From an uncultured candidatus Porisulfidus sp. (GTDB lineage Bacteria > Pseudomonadota > Gammaproteobacteria > Poriferisulfidales > Poriferisulfidaceae), in NCBI GenBank assembly GCA_965204575.1, contig OZ241993.1:1696001-1760000 (forward strand): DNA of 64,000 nucleotides. The letters run 5' to 3'. Position 1 is the first letter of the stretch, and every line of letters begins with the position of its first letter. A program made the translations under genes and the position numbers. The notes below the pieces were generated by a model, which was not told the origin of the DNA, did no database searches, and saw only the letters and a list, made by a program, of their open reading frames with translations. This document shows, piece by piece, positions 1-10,394 of the stretch.

Positions 1-9
1 GACGTCATC

Positions 10-1116
10 ATGATGCTGGAGGCTCTGCCCTCAGCTTTTACGAAAGACTACGATTATGGACTAGGCTTGGCAAAAAAATATCGATTTATCGTTGAATCGG
101 TAGAGGAACTCTCCGAATGTACCGAACTTGTAATTTCTAGTTGGCATGGCACAAAAATTGAATCAGAGGAAAAGCGTTTTTATCTCTCGTTCAGTGACTT
201 TGAAATTGCACGCAAATCCATCAATAATACGAACAGAATTTGTCAAACTTCCGCACGGTCTGTCAATACCTCAGTAACACACAATCTCTTGGCAGAACGG
301 ACAGGGCAACCAACAATTCCAGTACAAATCGGAAGGCACCCACTGCGTAAAAAAATTTCCGCAGCAGCTCAAGAGAATGAAGCATTGTCGAAAGAAGATC
401 AGGCAATGGTCCTAAAAATTATTCAGAAAAATGTGGACTCCATTGCCCTGGCAGAACCCAGCAAACTGTTCAAGCTTAAGCACGATATCGAACTCGCCAA
501 TCTTGAGACTCTGATTATTCGTTACAGAGAAATGATTTCTGCAAACACGCCTGAAGGCCATTGGCAAGCTTTCTTGAACGAGAATCCATTTGTTTTAAGT
601 TTAGCTTTTGGATACCCTGTGGTAATCACTCAAGATCAGGCGTCTGTTGGAGGAAGAAAGTTTTCTGGCAGCGGCGAAAGCATTGCTGACTATATGGTAA
701 AAAACAGCATGACTAATAATGTTGCAATTGTTGAAATTAAAACGCCCAAAACAAAACTTCTCAATGAAACGCCTCCTCGCACGGGAATATTTGCCCCATC
801 CACTAAACTTTCCGAAGCCATCAGTCAAGCTCTTGATCAGAAATATAAGCTTGAGCAAAATTTCGCACAACTCCAAGTGAATAGCAAAAAGTACGATATC
901 GAAGCCTACTCAATACACTGTTGCTTGGTCATCGGGACATTACCAACCGGTGAAGATAAGTTAAAATCATTTGAATTATTTCGGGGAAATTCTAAAAACG
1001 TTGAAGTTGTCACGTTTGATGAACTCTTAAAAAAACTAGAACAACTTAGAGAATTCCTGAATCTGCCTGATACAAGGCCACCCCCCCAAACTCAGCACAT
1101 TGAACCACCTTTTTAG
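10..1116 (+). CDS. sduA: Shedu immune nuclease (DUF4263), probably 5'-truncated by the window edge
   Basis: C-terminal WQAFLNENP, ADY, VEIKTP (PD-(D/E)xK) and LSEAISQ (ExxxQ), ending VEVVTFDELL. The frame is open back to base 1. Confidence 0.85.
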   Translation: MMLEALPSAFTKDYDYGLGLAKKYRFIVESVEELSECTELVISSWHGTKIESEEKRFYLSFSDFEIARKSINNTNRICQTSARSVNTSVTHNLLAERTGQPTIPVQIGRHPLRKKISAAAQENEALSKEDQAMVLKIIQKNVDSIALAEPSKLFKLKHDIELANLETLIIRYREMISANTPEGHWQAFLNENPFVLSLAFGYPVVITQDQASVGGRKFSGSGESIADYMVKNSMTNNVAIVEIKTPKTKLLNETPPRTGIFAPSTKLSEAISQALDQKYKLEQNFAQLQVNSKKYDIEAYSIHCCLVIGTLPTGEDKLKSFELFRGNSKNVEVVTFDELLKKLEQLREFLNLPDTRPPPQTQHIEPPF

Positions 1117-1195
1117 GTGCTTCGCGGTTTCATGGGGGATTTGCGGGAAGCAAGTGACTATACTTTCGGCATTTGTCATAGTTCCCTTTTGAGTT

Positions 1196-2209
1196 CTAAT
1201 GCGTCTCGACCAATTTTAGAACTTGGTCGAAAACCTGTTGCGGAGTAATGTCTCTCATGCAGGAGTGATGCCCATACGGGCATTGATTCTGATAGCAAGG
1301 GCTACACAAAGTTCCCATCCACAATATCTCCCGAGAATCTGATAATGGAGGATACGATTGGGGACTGGTTGGTCCGTAAATTCCCACGACTGGAGTCTCG
1401 ACAGCTGCGGCTACATGCATAAGCCCGGAGTCATTGGAAACTACGCATTTAGACGCAACAATCACGTCCACCGCCTCACTTATGGAAGATTTCCCACACA
1501 AGTTCGTAATACCCTGAGGATGTTCTGCGGCAATCACTTGACCCAAAGCAAATTCTTGATCTCCACCCATAACGCACACATGTTGTTTCTCAGCCAACAT
1601 CCTGGAAAGTTGCACAAAATATTCAATTGGCCATTTTTTGGTGCTCCACTTCGAAGCTCCAGGGGCAAGTACGATCAAAGGTTTTTGGGAAATATTCATT
1701 TCGAAACGGCCAACTGTCTCAGCGATTTCTTTTTCGCTAGTCTGCAGGCGCGGATATGGCAGATGATCTGGAACAGGCATTTCTTTCGGGAGTAAGCCGA
1801 TCGTTTTCTGGTGAAAATTGCCTGGGCGCCCTCCCCGCTGGTCATTAATTAGACCCGGTCGAACCTGCTTGAAGCCGGTACGAATCTTGATCTTGGAAAA
1901 GAAAATTAACCAAGCGGCGCTTGTGGAACGTGGGATCAAGATGGCCTGCCGGTAACCTTCTCCACGCAAATCCAAGCAGGCGTTCAGCCACTTGCGGGAC
2001 AATAACCGAATCGACCGGACATCCAAGGAGAAGTGCTTTCGCACCTCCGGCATCCGCTTGATTAACCCTTGAGCCATCGGAGGAGCAATTACATCGATCT
2101 CTAGGTCCGGCTCATGCTGCTTCAGCAAGCAAAGCAGCGTGTGGTTCATCACGATGTCGCCCACACTGAAATCCAAGACAACTAGAATGCGGCGAGAGGA
2201 TTCAGTCAT
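1196..2209 (-). CDS. GT9 glycosyltransferase, LPS heptosyltransferase II-like
   Basis: VGDIVM, LAPGA..KKWP, SNDSGLMHVAAA, YGPT and CSPC..CP..H..CM motifs of WaaF-type proteins. Confidence 0.85.
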   Translation of the reverse strand: MTESSRRILVVLDFSVGDIVMNHTLLCLLKQHEPDLEIDVIAPPMAQGLIKRMPEVRKHFSLDVRSIRLLSRKWLNACLDLRGEGYRQAILIPRSTSAAWLIFFSKIKIRTGFKQVRPGLINDQRGGRPGNFHQKTIGLLPKEMPVPDHLPYPRLQTSEKEIAETVGRFEMNISQKPLIVLAPGASKWSTKKWPIEYFVQLSRMLAEKQHVCVMGGDQEFALGQVIAAEHPQGITNLCGKSSISEAVDVIVASKCVVSNDSGLMHVAAAVETPVVGIYGPTSPQSYPPLSDSREILWMGTLCSPCYQNQCPYGHHSCMRDITPQQVFDQVLKLVETH

Positions 2210-2359
2210 ATCAGAGTATTGGGCTCCCTGCTAACCACGTAACTCACAAGGGGTTTGGCGTATTTATGTAAATCATCCTTGATAGGTCATTTTAAAGATA
2301 CATCCCACCCTAATACAATACGACACTTGTTCAAACCCGAACATCTCCAAATCTCCTGT

Positions 2360-3049
2360 ATGGCCAACGAAACATCAAAGACACGCCTTGTTCGGGATGA
2401 AGATTTCGACGAGAAGTACCTGCGGGGAAAAGTTTTGGACATCGGCGCCGGTAAGGATCGGGTTTGTGCCAGTGCTGATGGATTTGACACTGATGACGGG
2501 GATGCCAATCAAATATTGGGGGTTCTGGAAAGAGAGTCTTATGACACGGTTTATTCCAGCCATTGTCTTGAGCACATGTTTGACCCCCCTCAAGCCTTGA
2601 AACAATGGTGGGAATTAATCAAACCCGATGGGTATCTTGTGCTCGTTGTTCCAGATGAAGATCTATATGAGCAAGGAATTTGGCCCAGCATCTTCAACAC
2701 GGACCACAAAGCGACTTTCCGTATGGACTCCGATCTTTCATGGTCGCCGGTCTCACATGATGTATGTTCTTTAGTTCGCTCACTGCCGAGAGCCACGGTG
2801 ATCTCCGTGGAAAGGCATGACATGCACTACGACTACCAGCTCATGGCCAAGCCAGGAGAGGCATGGAGACCGAAGACTTTCTTTGTCAAGTATTTGTACC
2901 GGATTGCACGTCAAATGCCCACAAAGATGAAACCTATTTGTCGCAAGTGGGTCGACCAATTCGCCCGATTCCGAAAAATTCCTGTCGACCAAACACTGGG
3001 ACCCGCATTGGCTCAGATACAAGTGGTCGCCCAGAAACAACAGATCTAG
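2360..3049 (+). CDS. Class I SAM-dependent methyltransferase
   Basis: VLDIGAG, YSSHCLEH and LIKPDGYLVLVVP motifs. Start moved to ATG 2360 (MANETS). Confidence 0.8.
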   Translation: MANETSKTRLVRDEDFDEKYLRGKVLDIGAGKDRVCASADGFDTDDGDANQILGVLERESYDTVYSSHCLEHMFDPPQALKQWWELIKPDGYLVLVVPDEDLYEQGIWPSIFNTDHKATFRMDSDLSWSPVSHDVCSLVRSLPRATVISVERHDMHYDYQLMAKPGEAWRPKTFFVKYLYRIARQMPTKMKPICRKWVDQFARFRKIPVDQTLGPALAQIQVVAQKQQI

Positions 3050-3080
3050 CCCGAGTTGCAGAACGCTGAAGAAAGTAAAA

Positions 3081-3824
3081 ATGCTTCCCAGACAATTCCA
3101 GCCAACCGCAACTTATGACCTAATCCGCCTGGGTAGAAACCATGATGGAGGATACCTTGTAGATCCAACATCGGTTGTTAAAGCAGAATCGCTGATTTCC
3201 TTCGGGCTTTCTACTGATTGGTCATTTGAAAAAGATTTTTTGGCCAAAAGCAACATTCCACTATTAGCGTATGACGGCACCATTGCAACAAAACATTTAT
3301 TTCGACGTGTCGTTAGAAATTTCTTGCAACTCAGATTACGAAAGCTATTTTTCTCAATCTGCACGCTTGTGGACTACTTCTCGTTTTTTAAGCACCCTCG
3401 CGTACATCATCGTCTTAATGTCGGATACGATTCTCAAAAATCCACTTCCTTATCATCCATTTTGCTGAAAGAACAACCTAAAACCCCAATTTTTGTCAAG
3501 ATGGACATTGAAGGTTCGGAATACCGAGTACTTGGCGACCTCCTAAAACATTCGTCAAGCATTAGCGGTTTGGTGGCCGAATTTCATGATGTCGATCTTC
3601 ACCAAGAGAGGATTTTAGATTTCATGAAAGAATTTCCCCTAACCCTAGTCCACATTCATAGTAATAATTGTGGTCAATTGGTCGATTCTGCCGGGGATCC
3701 AATTACACTTGAAATGACTTTCTCGGCGTCCCCCATCGAAATCGCTCCCCAGCCGTCAATCCCACATCCTCTCGATCAGGAAAACTGTCCGAACGAAAAA
3801 GACTTGCCGCTCGGATTCATCTAG
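3081..3824 (+). CDS. FkbM-like methyltransferase
   Basis: RLG..HDGGY, SFG...DWSFE, KMDIEGSEY, EFH and HIHSNN motifs. Confidence 0.75.
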   Translation: MLPRQFQPTATYDLIRLGRNHDGGYLVDPTSVVKAESLISFGLSTDWSFEKDFLAKSNIPLLAYDGTIATKHLFRRVVRNFLQLRLRKLFFSICTLVDYFSFFKHPRVHHRLNVGYDSQKSTSLSSILLKEQPKTPIFVKMDIEGSEYRVLGDLLKHSSSISGLVAEFHDVDLHQERILDFMKEFPLTLVHIHSNNCGQLVDSAGDPITLEMTFSASPIEIAPQPSIPHPLDQENCPNEKDLPLGFI

Positions 3825-3837
3825 CTACTGCACCATT

Positions 3838-5430
3838 TCAGTTCAAAACCGATCCATAATCCTGGTAGACCTTTATATGCTCTTTCGCTATCAACTCCGG
3901 GCTGTACTCTTTCGCCCTCTCAATCCCCTTCTCTGACAGACTTCGCCTCAACCCTTCTGACCGATATAGACGAAGCAATTGCTCTGCCAATGCCCCCGCA
4001 TCTCCAGGCGGAACCAAAATTCCGCACCCTTCAGCAATGATTTCCGGGATCCCATCCACCCGGCTCGCCACGATTGGCACGCCCGCGCGCATTACATCCA
4101 GAAGCGTGGACCCCAACGGCTCGATCAGAGAAGGAAATGCGAAAAGATCAAAAGCGGCAATCCATGTGATGGGATCTTCAACCCAACCTGCAAAGTGCAC
4201 ATTGGATAAACTTCCGGCCTGCTGATGGAATTCTTCCTCCAAACGGCCACTCCCTAGCAAAACAAACTGGATATCTGGCACATCCTGCTGAAGGACTCGC
4301 GCCGCCTGAAGCAATATGGAGTGCCCCTTCTCCGGGCCATCCATCGCAGCAGCGTGCCCGACAATGCATTTACCCGAAAACTTCTCCCTGATCTTCCGCA
4401 CCTCCTCCGGATCAGGATACTCGGGATTCCAAGCATCGGGGATGCGGTCGATTGAAAGCTCCGGGAAACGATCCCGAAGACTGTTTTCCACCGCCTCAGT
4501 CAAAGCCACTACAGTTCGTGCATTCCGGTATACGGCAGAACTGTAGACATTGGAGCGCACAGGCCTTATCAACCGGCGTGTAATCAGATATTGCTTGCCA
4601 AACAGGCTGGCAGCATACGCCGCCTGCGCCGCATGCGCTTCATGCGCGTGCAGTAAAGATGCGCCTCGACAAGCGAATACCGCCGACAACCGGTTTCTGA
4701 CCCGGCAAACCTCCAAATCTGGGCTGCTTTGGAAGCGATTCGCCAAAGGACCGTGGCGCAGCACAACGACACGCTGCTTGGGCATGTTTTCGACCGCAAG
4801 TGCCTTGACTAGGATCTCAGTCTGACGCTCACCCCCTCGCAGTTTTGGGTTGCGGGCCAGATTGATATGGCAAACCAAAACATCCCCTTGGAGCCTCTCC
4901 CGATTCCACAATTTGGCATGGTACTGCGGAGATTGCGTCGCAAGCCGACGAATCAGCCAGAAAGGACCAATCAGTGTGCAGTATACCCTTGACGCATACC
5001 AACTGCCTCGGAGCTTCCAGAAAGTGCTCCAGATTGCTTTAATCTCCCATGACAAATCAAGGATCAAATCAGAAGAAACCTTTATCTCTACAGAATCTCC
5101 GTTTTTTAATTGAAATTTCTCCCTAAGCCGATAGGGAGAGAGAACCTCGACAATGTGCAGAGGATGTCCTTTTGCCCTTGTGAGCAGGCAACGGCTCCCG
5201 TTGATTTCTGCAGCCCAGTAATAGGCACGATGCCCTCCGGGAAATGCAACCTTCTCTGGATCAAATCGAATGGGCTTCTCAAGTGCAACGTTCAACGAGC
5301 CCGGGGCTTGGAGTTCCCCGAAAAAGTCTGAAATTGGCGATTCGCCGACTTTTGATCGAGAAGCAGTGCCGCGTCCGCTAATTACACGACCGTACATTAT
5401 TGCCTGTTTGGGCGTAGGACTTGGATTCAC
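3838..5430 (-). CDS. Fusion of a CTP-dependent riboflavin-kinase-like (DUF120) domain and a GT4 glycosyltransferase
   Basis: N-term GRVISGRG, PGSLN, VEVLSPYRLREKFQLKNGDSVEI. C-term GGERQ, KGH, FPSLIEPLG, SRVDGIPEII. Confidence 0.75.
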   Translation of the reverse strand: MNPSPTPKQAIMYGRVISGRGTASRSKVGESPISDFFGELQAPGSLNVALEKPIRFDPEKVAFPGGHRAYYWAAEINGSRCLLTRAKGHPLHIVEVLSPYRLREKFQLKNGDSVEIKVSSDLILDLSWEIKAIWSTFWKLRGSWYASRVYCTLIGPFWLIRRLATQSPQYHAKLWNRERLQGDVLVCHINLARNPKLRGGERQTEILVKALAVENMPKQRVVVLRHGPLANRFQSSPDLEVCRVRNRLSAVFACRGASLLHAHEAHAAQAAYAASLFGKQYLITRRLIRPVRSNVYSSAVYRNARTVVALTEAVENSLRDRFPELSIDRIPDAWNPEYPDPEEVRKIREKFSGKCIVGHAAAMDGPEKGHSILLQAARVLQQDVPDIQFVLLGSGRLEEEFHQQAGSLSNVHFAGWVEDPITWIAAFDLFAFPSLIEPLGSTLLDVMRAGVPIVASRVDGIPEIIAEGCGILVPPGDAGALAEQLLRLYRSEGLRRSLSEKGIERAKEYSPELIAKEHIKVYQDYGSVLN

Positions 5431-5479
5431 GTTCGTATCAATCCAAAAAGTTCCCGAGATTCGGCGCCTCGAGAAATGA

Positions 5480-7603
5480 CTACCAATGCATCTCTATGTA
5501 CTTGTGCGTTTCTTCAGAGTCAAGACAGCGAGAGGTATTTCCTGCACGAATATAGAACATTTTCTCTTTGCCGGATTCTTTTACAAATACCGGTTCAGGA
5601 GATCGTTCAACATCAATGATACAGACCGATTTGTCCTCAACATCTTCAAAGCGTATGCGGTAGCATTGCACAATAGCAACACCTATACTTTCGGAGATCA
5701 AATCAACTAGAAGGCGTTCGAAACGATCCCGCGATTGATTCACAAGCGCAAGATCTCTATCCAATCCCAAAACGCTTCCATCATCTTCCACCCCTATTAC
5801 CAAAGTGCCACCTTGCGAATTCAAGAATGCGGCGATTGTTTTTATAACAGACAACCGCAAAGCCTTATTCTGCTCATTTTTCACAATATCCCATTGGAGC
5901 GTACTCTTAAATTCGAGGACATAGCTCTCGCCATGCTGGACGATGTCTGTGATCGGTCTGAAAAAGGTTGGGTCATGGTCACTAATCAAACTATCCATGA
6001 ACTCATTGAGTTTTCGAGCTATGGTTTTCCGGCGAATTGCCAAAAAGTCCTTATAGTTTTCAACTGTCCATAGGCTAGGGTCCATGGGAACAAACTGTGC
6101 AGACAATGCGCCCGGGTAGTTCTCTTCGATCTTTGGGAGATATTCTTCAGGCAATTTGTTTTTTATTGATGCGGGTTCGGCAAGAAACGCCCGGTTTGCG
6201 ATTTCATTTACTGCTTGGCGCTGAATCCGATTCTCGGGGGACCAACCATTCTTGTAGAGGCGAGACTGCGGAAATATATGGATGTCATAAAACCCATCGT
6301 CTCTCGTTTGCCCCAGAGGAAGCCCATTGAACCAATCAACGGCCTGATGGGCTTTCGCTAAAATGTACGCCGCTGTGTAAAGCGGATTTTGAGAGCCTCG
6401 ACCCTCGAAATCCAAAGCCTTGACTTCAATGCGTCCACGTTGCTCAATGATATTCCCGCGAAGAGCCTCCCAAGGTTCAGTTTCCCTTACCACCAACTGA
6501 ACATCTGCTTCTAGTCGCTGGTCAGTCTGCGCAGTGTACCGGGACCACATGAGTGCGGCATACAACCAGTGGGAAGCATGGCGAATCGATTTTTCATTGG
6601 GAAACTGGCCATTATTCATTGAGAGGTAGACAATGAGGGGAATAAGCGCATTGCTCGTACTGAGATCGTAAGTAGAATGTATAAACATCTTCAGCGGGAG
6701 AATGGTCAGCAGATAATCCAATATCTTGGACAACTTGTCCCATCCATACTTCAATTCCTCGCGTGGACGCGAGTGAATCAATTCAAACAATGCACGATTT
6801 GTAACAGTTGTGGTTAACGCGCGCGTCATGAAAGTCAGTCCAAAATCAAATCCTTGATCGTTACAACTTTCCATCTTGGCTTTCAATTCACGTCTCGCCG
6901 CTGGCCATTTCCCAGTCATATGGGTCAGGGCAAGCTCAGCATCCGTCAGATGAGTTCCTTGCCTGTTCACTCTGTCGAAGATATCAATCGCTTCGTCCAA
7001 ATTGGCACTAGATGGCACCATTAATTCTGGAAGGTTGACGTCCTTAATCCTGCGAATTGAGTTGAGATTGTCCATCAGTAGTTGTGCCAATTCCATCGGG
7101 TCTTGCCCATCTTCGGCTTTTTCTTGGGCTATCTGGATGGGGCTAATTTCATTACTGTCTTCAAAGCAATCAGTCACTTGTTGCCAATAAGAATCGTCTT
7201 TCATTCGGGATGGCTGATAATATTGGAAGTCCAAGTTCCTTATATTTACGTAAAGATTGCGTGGATCATTTTCAATCTCATTTTCGGTGTAGTAGCACGG
7301 GATTTCGCCAATAATCAGCATGTGCAATGTCGTCAGACGTTGCTGACCATCAAGTAGAACTTGCACAGTGCCTATCTTTTCTGGCAGTGCCTTAATATTC
7401 TTAAGTTCAGGTGGGTTCTCCGTTTTCCATAACAACAAAACCCCAACAGGATACTCACGGGACAGTGAAATCATCAATTGTTTCGCTTGTTCCAAACTCC
7501 ATACATACTCACGCTGGAATTCTGGAAGCACAAGGTCATTCCTTTGAATGCAATCAAGTAGTTCACTAATTTTCATCTGGCTTGATTTTTTTATTGGACA
7601 CAT
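5480..7603 (-). CDS. GmrSD-like DUF262 protein with HNH-like region and C-terminal AlbA_2 (Schlafen-like) domain
   Basis: LPEFQREYVW, LLDGQQRLTT and FDRVN (DUF262); HIFP...IAN (DUF1524-like); ESYVLEFKS...FLNSQGGTLVIGVEDDG...YIRAG (AlbA_2). Confidence 0.85.
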   Translation of the reverse strand: MCPIKKSSQMKISELLDCIQRNDLVLPEFQREYVWSLEQAKQLMISLSREYPVGVLLLWKTENPPELKNIKALPEKIGTVQVLLDGQQRLTTLHMLIIGEIPCYYTENEIENDPRNLYVNIRNLDFQYYQPSRMKDDSYWQQVTDCFEDSNEISPIQIAQEKAEDGQDPMELAQLLMDNLNSIRRIKDVNLPELMVPSSANLDEAIDIFDRVNRQGTHLTDAELALTHMTGKWPAARRELKAKMESCNDQGFDFGLTFMTRALTTTVTNRALFELIHSRPREELKYGWDKLSKILDYLLTILPLKMFIHSTYDLSTSNALIPLIVYLSMNNGQFPNEKSIRHASHWLYAALMWSRYTAQTDQRLEADVQLVVRETEPWEALRGNIIEQRGRIEVKALDFEGRGSQNPLYTAAYILAKAHQAVDWFNGLPLGQTRDDGFYDIHIFPQSRLYKNGWSPENRIQRQAVNEIANRAFLAEPASIKNKLPEEYLPKIEENYPGALSAQFVPMDPSLWTVENYKDFLAIRRKTIARKLNEFMDSLISDHDPTFFRPITDIVQHGESYVLEFKSTLQWDIVKNEQNKALRLSVIKTIAAFLNSQGGTLVIGVEDDGSVLGLDRDLALVNQSRDRFERLLVDLISESIGVAIVQCYRIRFEDVEDKSVCIIDVERSPEPVFVKESGKEKMFYIRAGNTSRCLDSEETHKYIEMHW

Positions 7604-7852
7604 TTGCTGTGAGCAGTTTCGATTATACCTAGAGGCCCAGGCTGCATAAATGTGTGTGAGGATGAAGTCTGCTCATTGCCCACAGAGGAATGGTATTTGC
7701 CCAATATGGCTCTTCTACATGTTGGGCAGATATGAACCGATTGGCACACTCTGAAGCCTCTAAAGAGACTGCGGGGTTCCACGTGTGCATAGTATTCCCT
7801 ATGCCGCCATCGGGTCACACCACTCTGTATATACTCGTAAGCACCAGTAGCA

Positions 7853-10318
7853 TTACTCCAAGGATTTGCTTTTGGACAATGTTGCGTAAATTGCCAGTCC
7901 CACCGAACTCCTGTGCTTCGTACTTCCGGAGGCAATGAGAAGGCGCCGCACACTGTTAGTGGTCAATCCACCAAAAGGAATTTTACAGGTGAATCTTGCT
8001 CTGAATTCATCTCCAGTTGAGCCACGCCTCTTCCTTGTATATGCGGCGCGAAAAGTCTCCCACTGATGAATAGACGCTTTACATTCTTTTTGCATTCGAC
8101 AGCACAACTGTTCCACCATGAGCGGACTATCATGACCTAGTTCATCCTCTATGGCGACCTTCATTTCTCTAAAAACGCGTCTAACCCCTTTCAATTTTCC
8201 TGCGCGGCGCAATTCAAACACGAAGCGAGGGTCCGTATCCATCAAGAAATTGACGCTCTCTACCGTTTGAGCCAATTTGCTCTTGCCTTCCAGTCTCGCG
8301 CCGTTAGAATCCAAAATCGCTCTCTCAATTTCCTTCCAGCGATGCTTGTTATCTGTAACGACAACCACTCCGGTCAATTGCGCTAAAAGTAGTCCTAATT
8401 CAAAATTGGGAGTAAGATTCAAGCGTATTAGTTGACCCTTCCCGAAAAGAATATCCTCTTGCAACAATGCTAGCGGGTCTCTGAGACGTTTATTTTTTAA
8501 ATGCTGGAGAATTTCAATCAATTCAGCTTCTGACATAGAGGGAAATTGCTGCTGGATTATTGCCCGTCGCTCCGATTCCGACATTGAAAATAGGATGTGT
8601 TCAGCATCCGCAAAGATTAATTCGCGCATATCTCCAACATTCGATTCGTCTAGAGTTTTACCGCGCAAGCGCTTTTTAGCCATATCCAGCACATCCTCCC
8701 GAAGGTGGGCATTGAAAACACTTGGGTCTGGAATCAAATTGATATAGCCAGCTTCAATAAATGGCATTAATTGCAATATCAAAAAAACGTTCTTAAGTGT
8801 CTCTTGCTTGTATTTATGCGGAATGTTGACTGGGCTGCATTCGGGCCTGATTCCAGCAGGATTTACAAATGGATTGATAATAATTACTTCATCAAAGTAG
8901 AGCGTCAGACTAGTCGCAAACTTCGTAGTCATTCTAGGATCGACAATTCCCGAATAAATTGCGCGAGAGATTTTTTTGTTAGGTGCCGGAAGCAAACTAT
9001 AAATATCAGTATCTATTGGCCATAAGAATCCAAATGCTTCGTGGATCTTCTTTACTTGTTCGTTCGACAAATTTTCTCGAATATCGCGCCAAGTTTTACC
9101 TTGCGACAATCCAAGAGTATTGCAAACAATATTCGCGAAAGCTATGTTTCGTTCACGAACACTAAGTTCAGTGAATGATGGTCTTTCATTTATAGGTATG
9201 TCCCGGCAACACTCTTTGTACCTCCTGCCACTGCCACACGGACATGGCTTATTGGGCCAAACCCAACCAGATGGAGGCTTTTTCTTTAAATGGTCATGGT
9301 TGCTGGTGGTACGGCCAAATGCATCTTGGTAATGAACCGAACCATCTTTGTACTCCACAAATATTTCGCCCCCAAAACGGTGCAATTCTTCTTCGGGAGG
9401 TCTAAGCACCAAGTTAAGATCAGACCAAGGCGCACTGACTCGGTTTTCTGGAAATAGCCAGCCTTTCTCATGTGCTGCAACATATCTTTTCGCTCTAGAT
9501 TTGATAATAAAATTAATCTGCTCAACCTCAGAATCCGTTAGGCTACGACATCGGATAAAGGCATCTGTTCTAGCAAGGCTCGGCGCGAAGTATCGGGGGT
9601 TAGTTCGTTTTTCTAAGGGGTCTTCGGTATCTGGATTACTTGCGTATTCAAGGCTAGTCAGGATGAGGCAATGGTTAAATCCTAACGGAAATATAGTTTG
9701 CGTTCCTTTTAGAGAGACATGCGGGTCATAAGGGTCACGACAATAATTGGAATCCGGTGGGCAAGCACTGTTATATGTTGTTACTGGATGATCCGAAATA
9801 ATAAATTTGACCGTGGAATTTTCCGCAGACACGATTTCCCTAACTCCTTCTGCCCAAATGGTACAGTTGAGGTTCCGCAAGTGTTGCATCTCTTCCATTA
9901 ACGCTACTTGATCCAGATTGATATATTCTTCCCTCAACCAAGCAAGTCCTTTAGGCGTCCGGATTTTTTGTGCATCAATATATTGGAAAAAATTTAAAAA
10001 GTGCTTGTGGCACTGTTCGAAATCTCCAGAAATAAATGCGCGAACCGCCAAACATCCAAATTGATCAATTGTTCCAAATAAGTGCCTTTCGATATCATCG
10101 TTAATCTCTGAACCAAAGAAAGTTGTATATAAATCGCGCAACATAAAGCCTTTCGAAGGCGGCAGGGCTTCAAGTTCATTTATCCAAATTGTTCGGCCAT
10201 CAGGCAACTTCCGACTAGCAGGGGTTTTATCTGCAAACCACAGCACGCCCGTGCCGCCACAAGAAAACCCTTTTTGGTACCATTTCGGCACGTAATGATT
10301 ATTCCTTGACTTTGACAT
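7853..10318 (-). CDS. DUF4238 domain protein with internal SEC-C zinc motif
   Basis: N-term NNHYVPKWYQKGF and FIISDHPV; CPCGSGRRYKECC. Confidence 0.75.
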   Translation of the reverse strand: MSKSRNNHYVPKWYQKGFSCGGTGVLWFADKTPASRKLPDGRTIWINELEALPPSKGFMLRDLYTTFFGSEINDDIERHLFGTIDQFGCLAVRAFISGDFEQCHKHFLNFFQYIDAQKIRTPKGLAWLREEYINLDQVALMEEMQHLRNLNCTIWAEGVREIVSAENSTVKFIISDHPVTTYNSACPPDSNYCRDPYDPHVSLKGTQTIFPLGFNHCLILTSLEYASNPDTEDPLEKRTNPRYFAPSLARTDAFIRCRSLTDSEVEQINFIIKSRAKRYVAAHEKGWLFPENRVSAPWSDLNLVLRPPEEELHRFGGEIFVEYKDGSVHYQDAFGRTTSNHDHLKKKPPSGWVWPNKPCPCGSGRRYKECCRDIPINERPSFTELSVRERNIAFANIVCNTLGLSQGKTWRDIRENLSNEQVKKIHEAFGFLWPIDTDIYSLLPAPNKKISRAIYSGIVDPRMTTKFATSLTLYFDEVIIINPFVNPAGIRPECSPVNIPHKYKQETLKNVFLILQLMPFIEAGYINLIPDPSVFNAHLREDVLDMAKKRLRGKTLDESNVGDMRELIFADAEHILFSMSESERRAIIQQQFPSMSEAELIEILQHLKNKRLRDPLALLQEDILFGKGQLIRLNLTPNFELGLLLAQLTGVVVVTDNKHRWKEIERAILDSNGARLEGKSKLAQTVESVNFLMDTDPRFVFELRRAGKLKGVRRVFREMKVAIEDELGHDSPLMVEQLCCRMQKECKASIHQWETFRAAYTRKRRGSTGDEFRARFTCKIPFGGLTTNSVRRLLIASGSTKHRSSVGLAIYATLSKSKSLE

Positions 10319-10394
10319 TTCTGATGAATTCCATAGCACCCAAAGCGCGATCTTTGACTGGTTGCTCCGTGATTGCAGGATTTGGAAAATTCCC

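Noticed and set aside
7698-7729. Imperfect hairpin TGCCCAATATG...CATGTTGGGCA between DUF4238 and DUF262
   Set aside because: Single copy, no U-tract and no recognisable RNA family, so no function can be supported.
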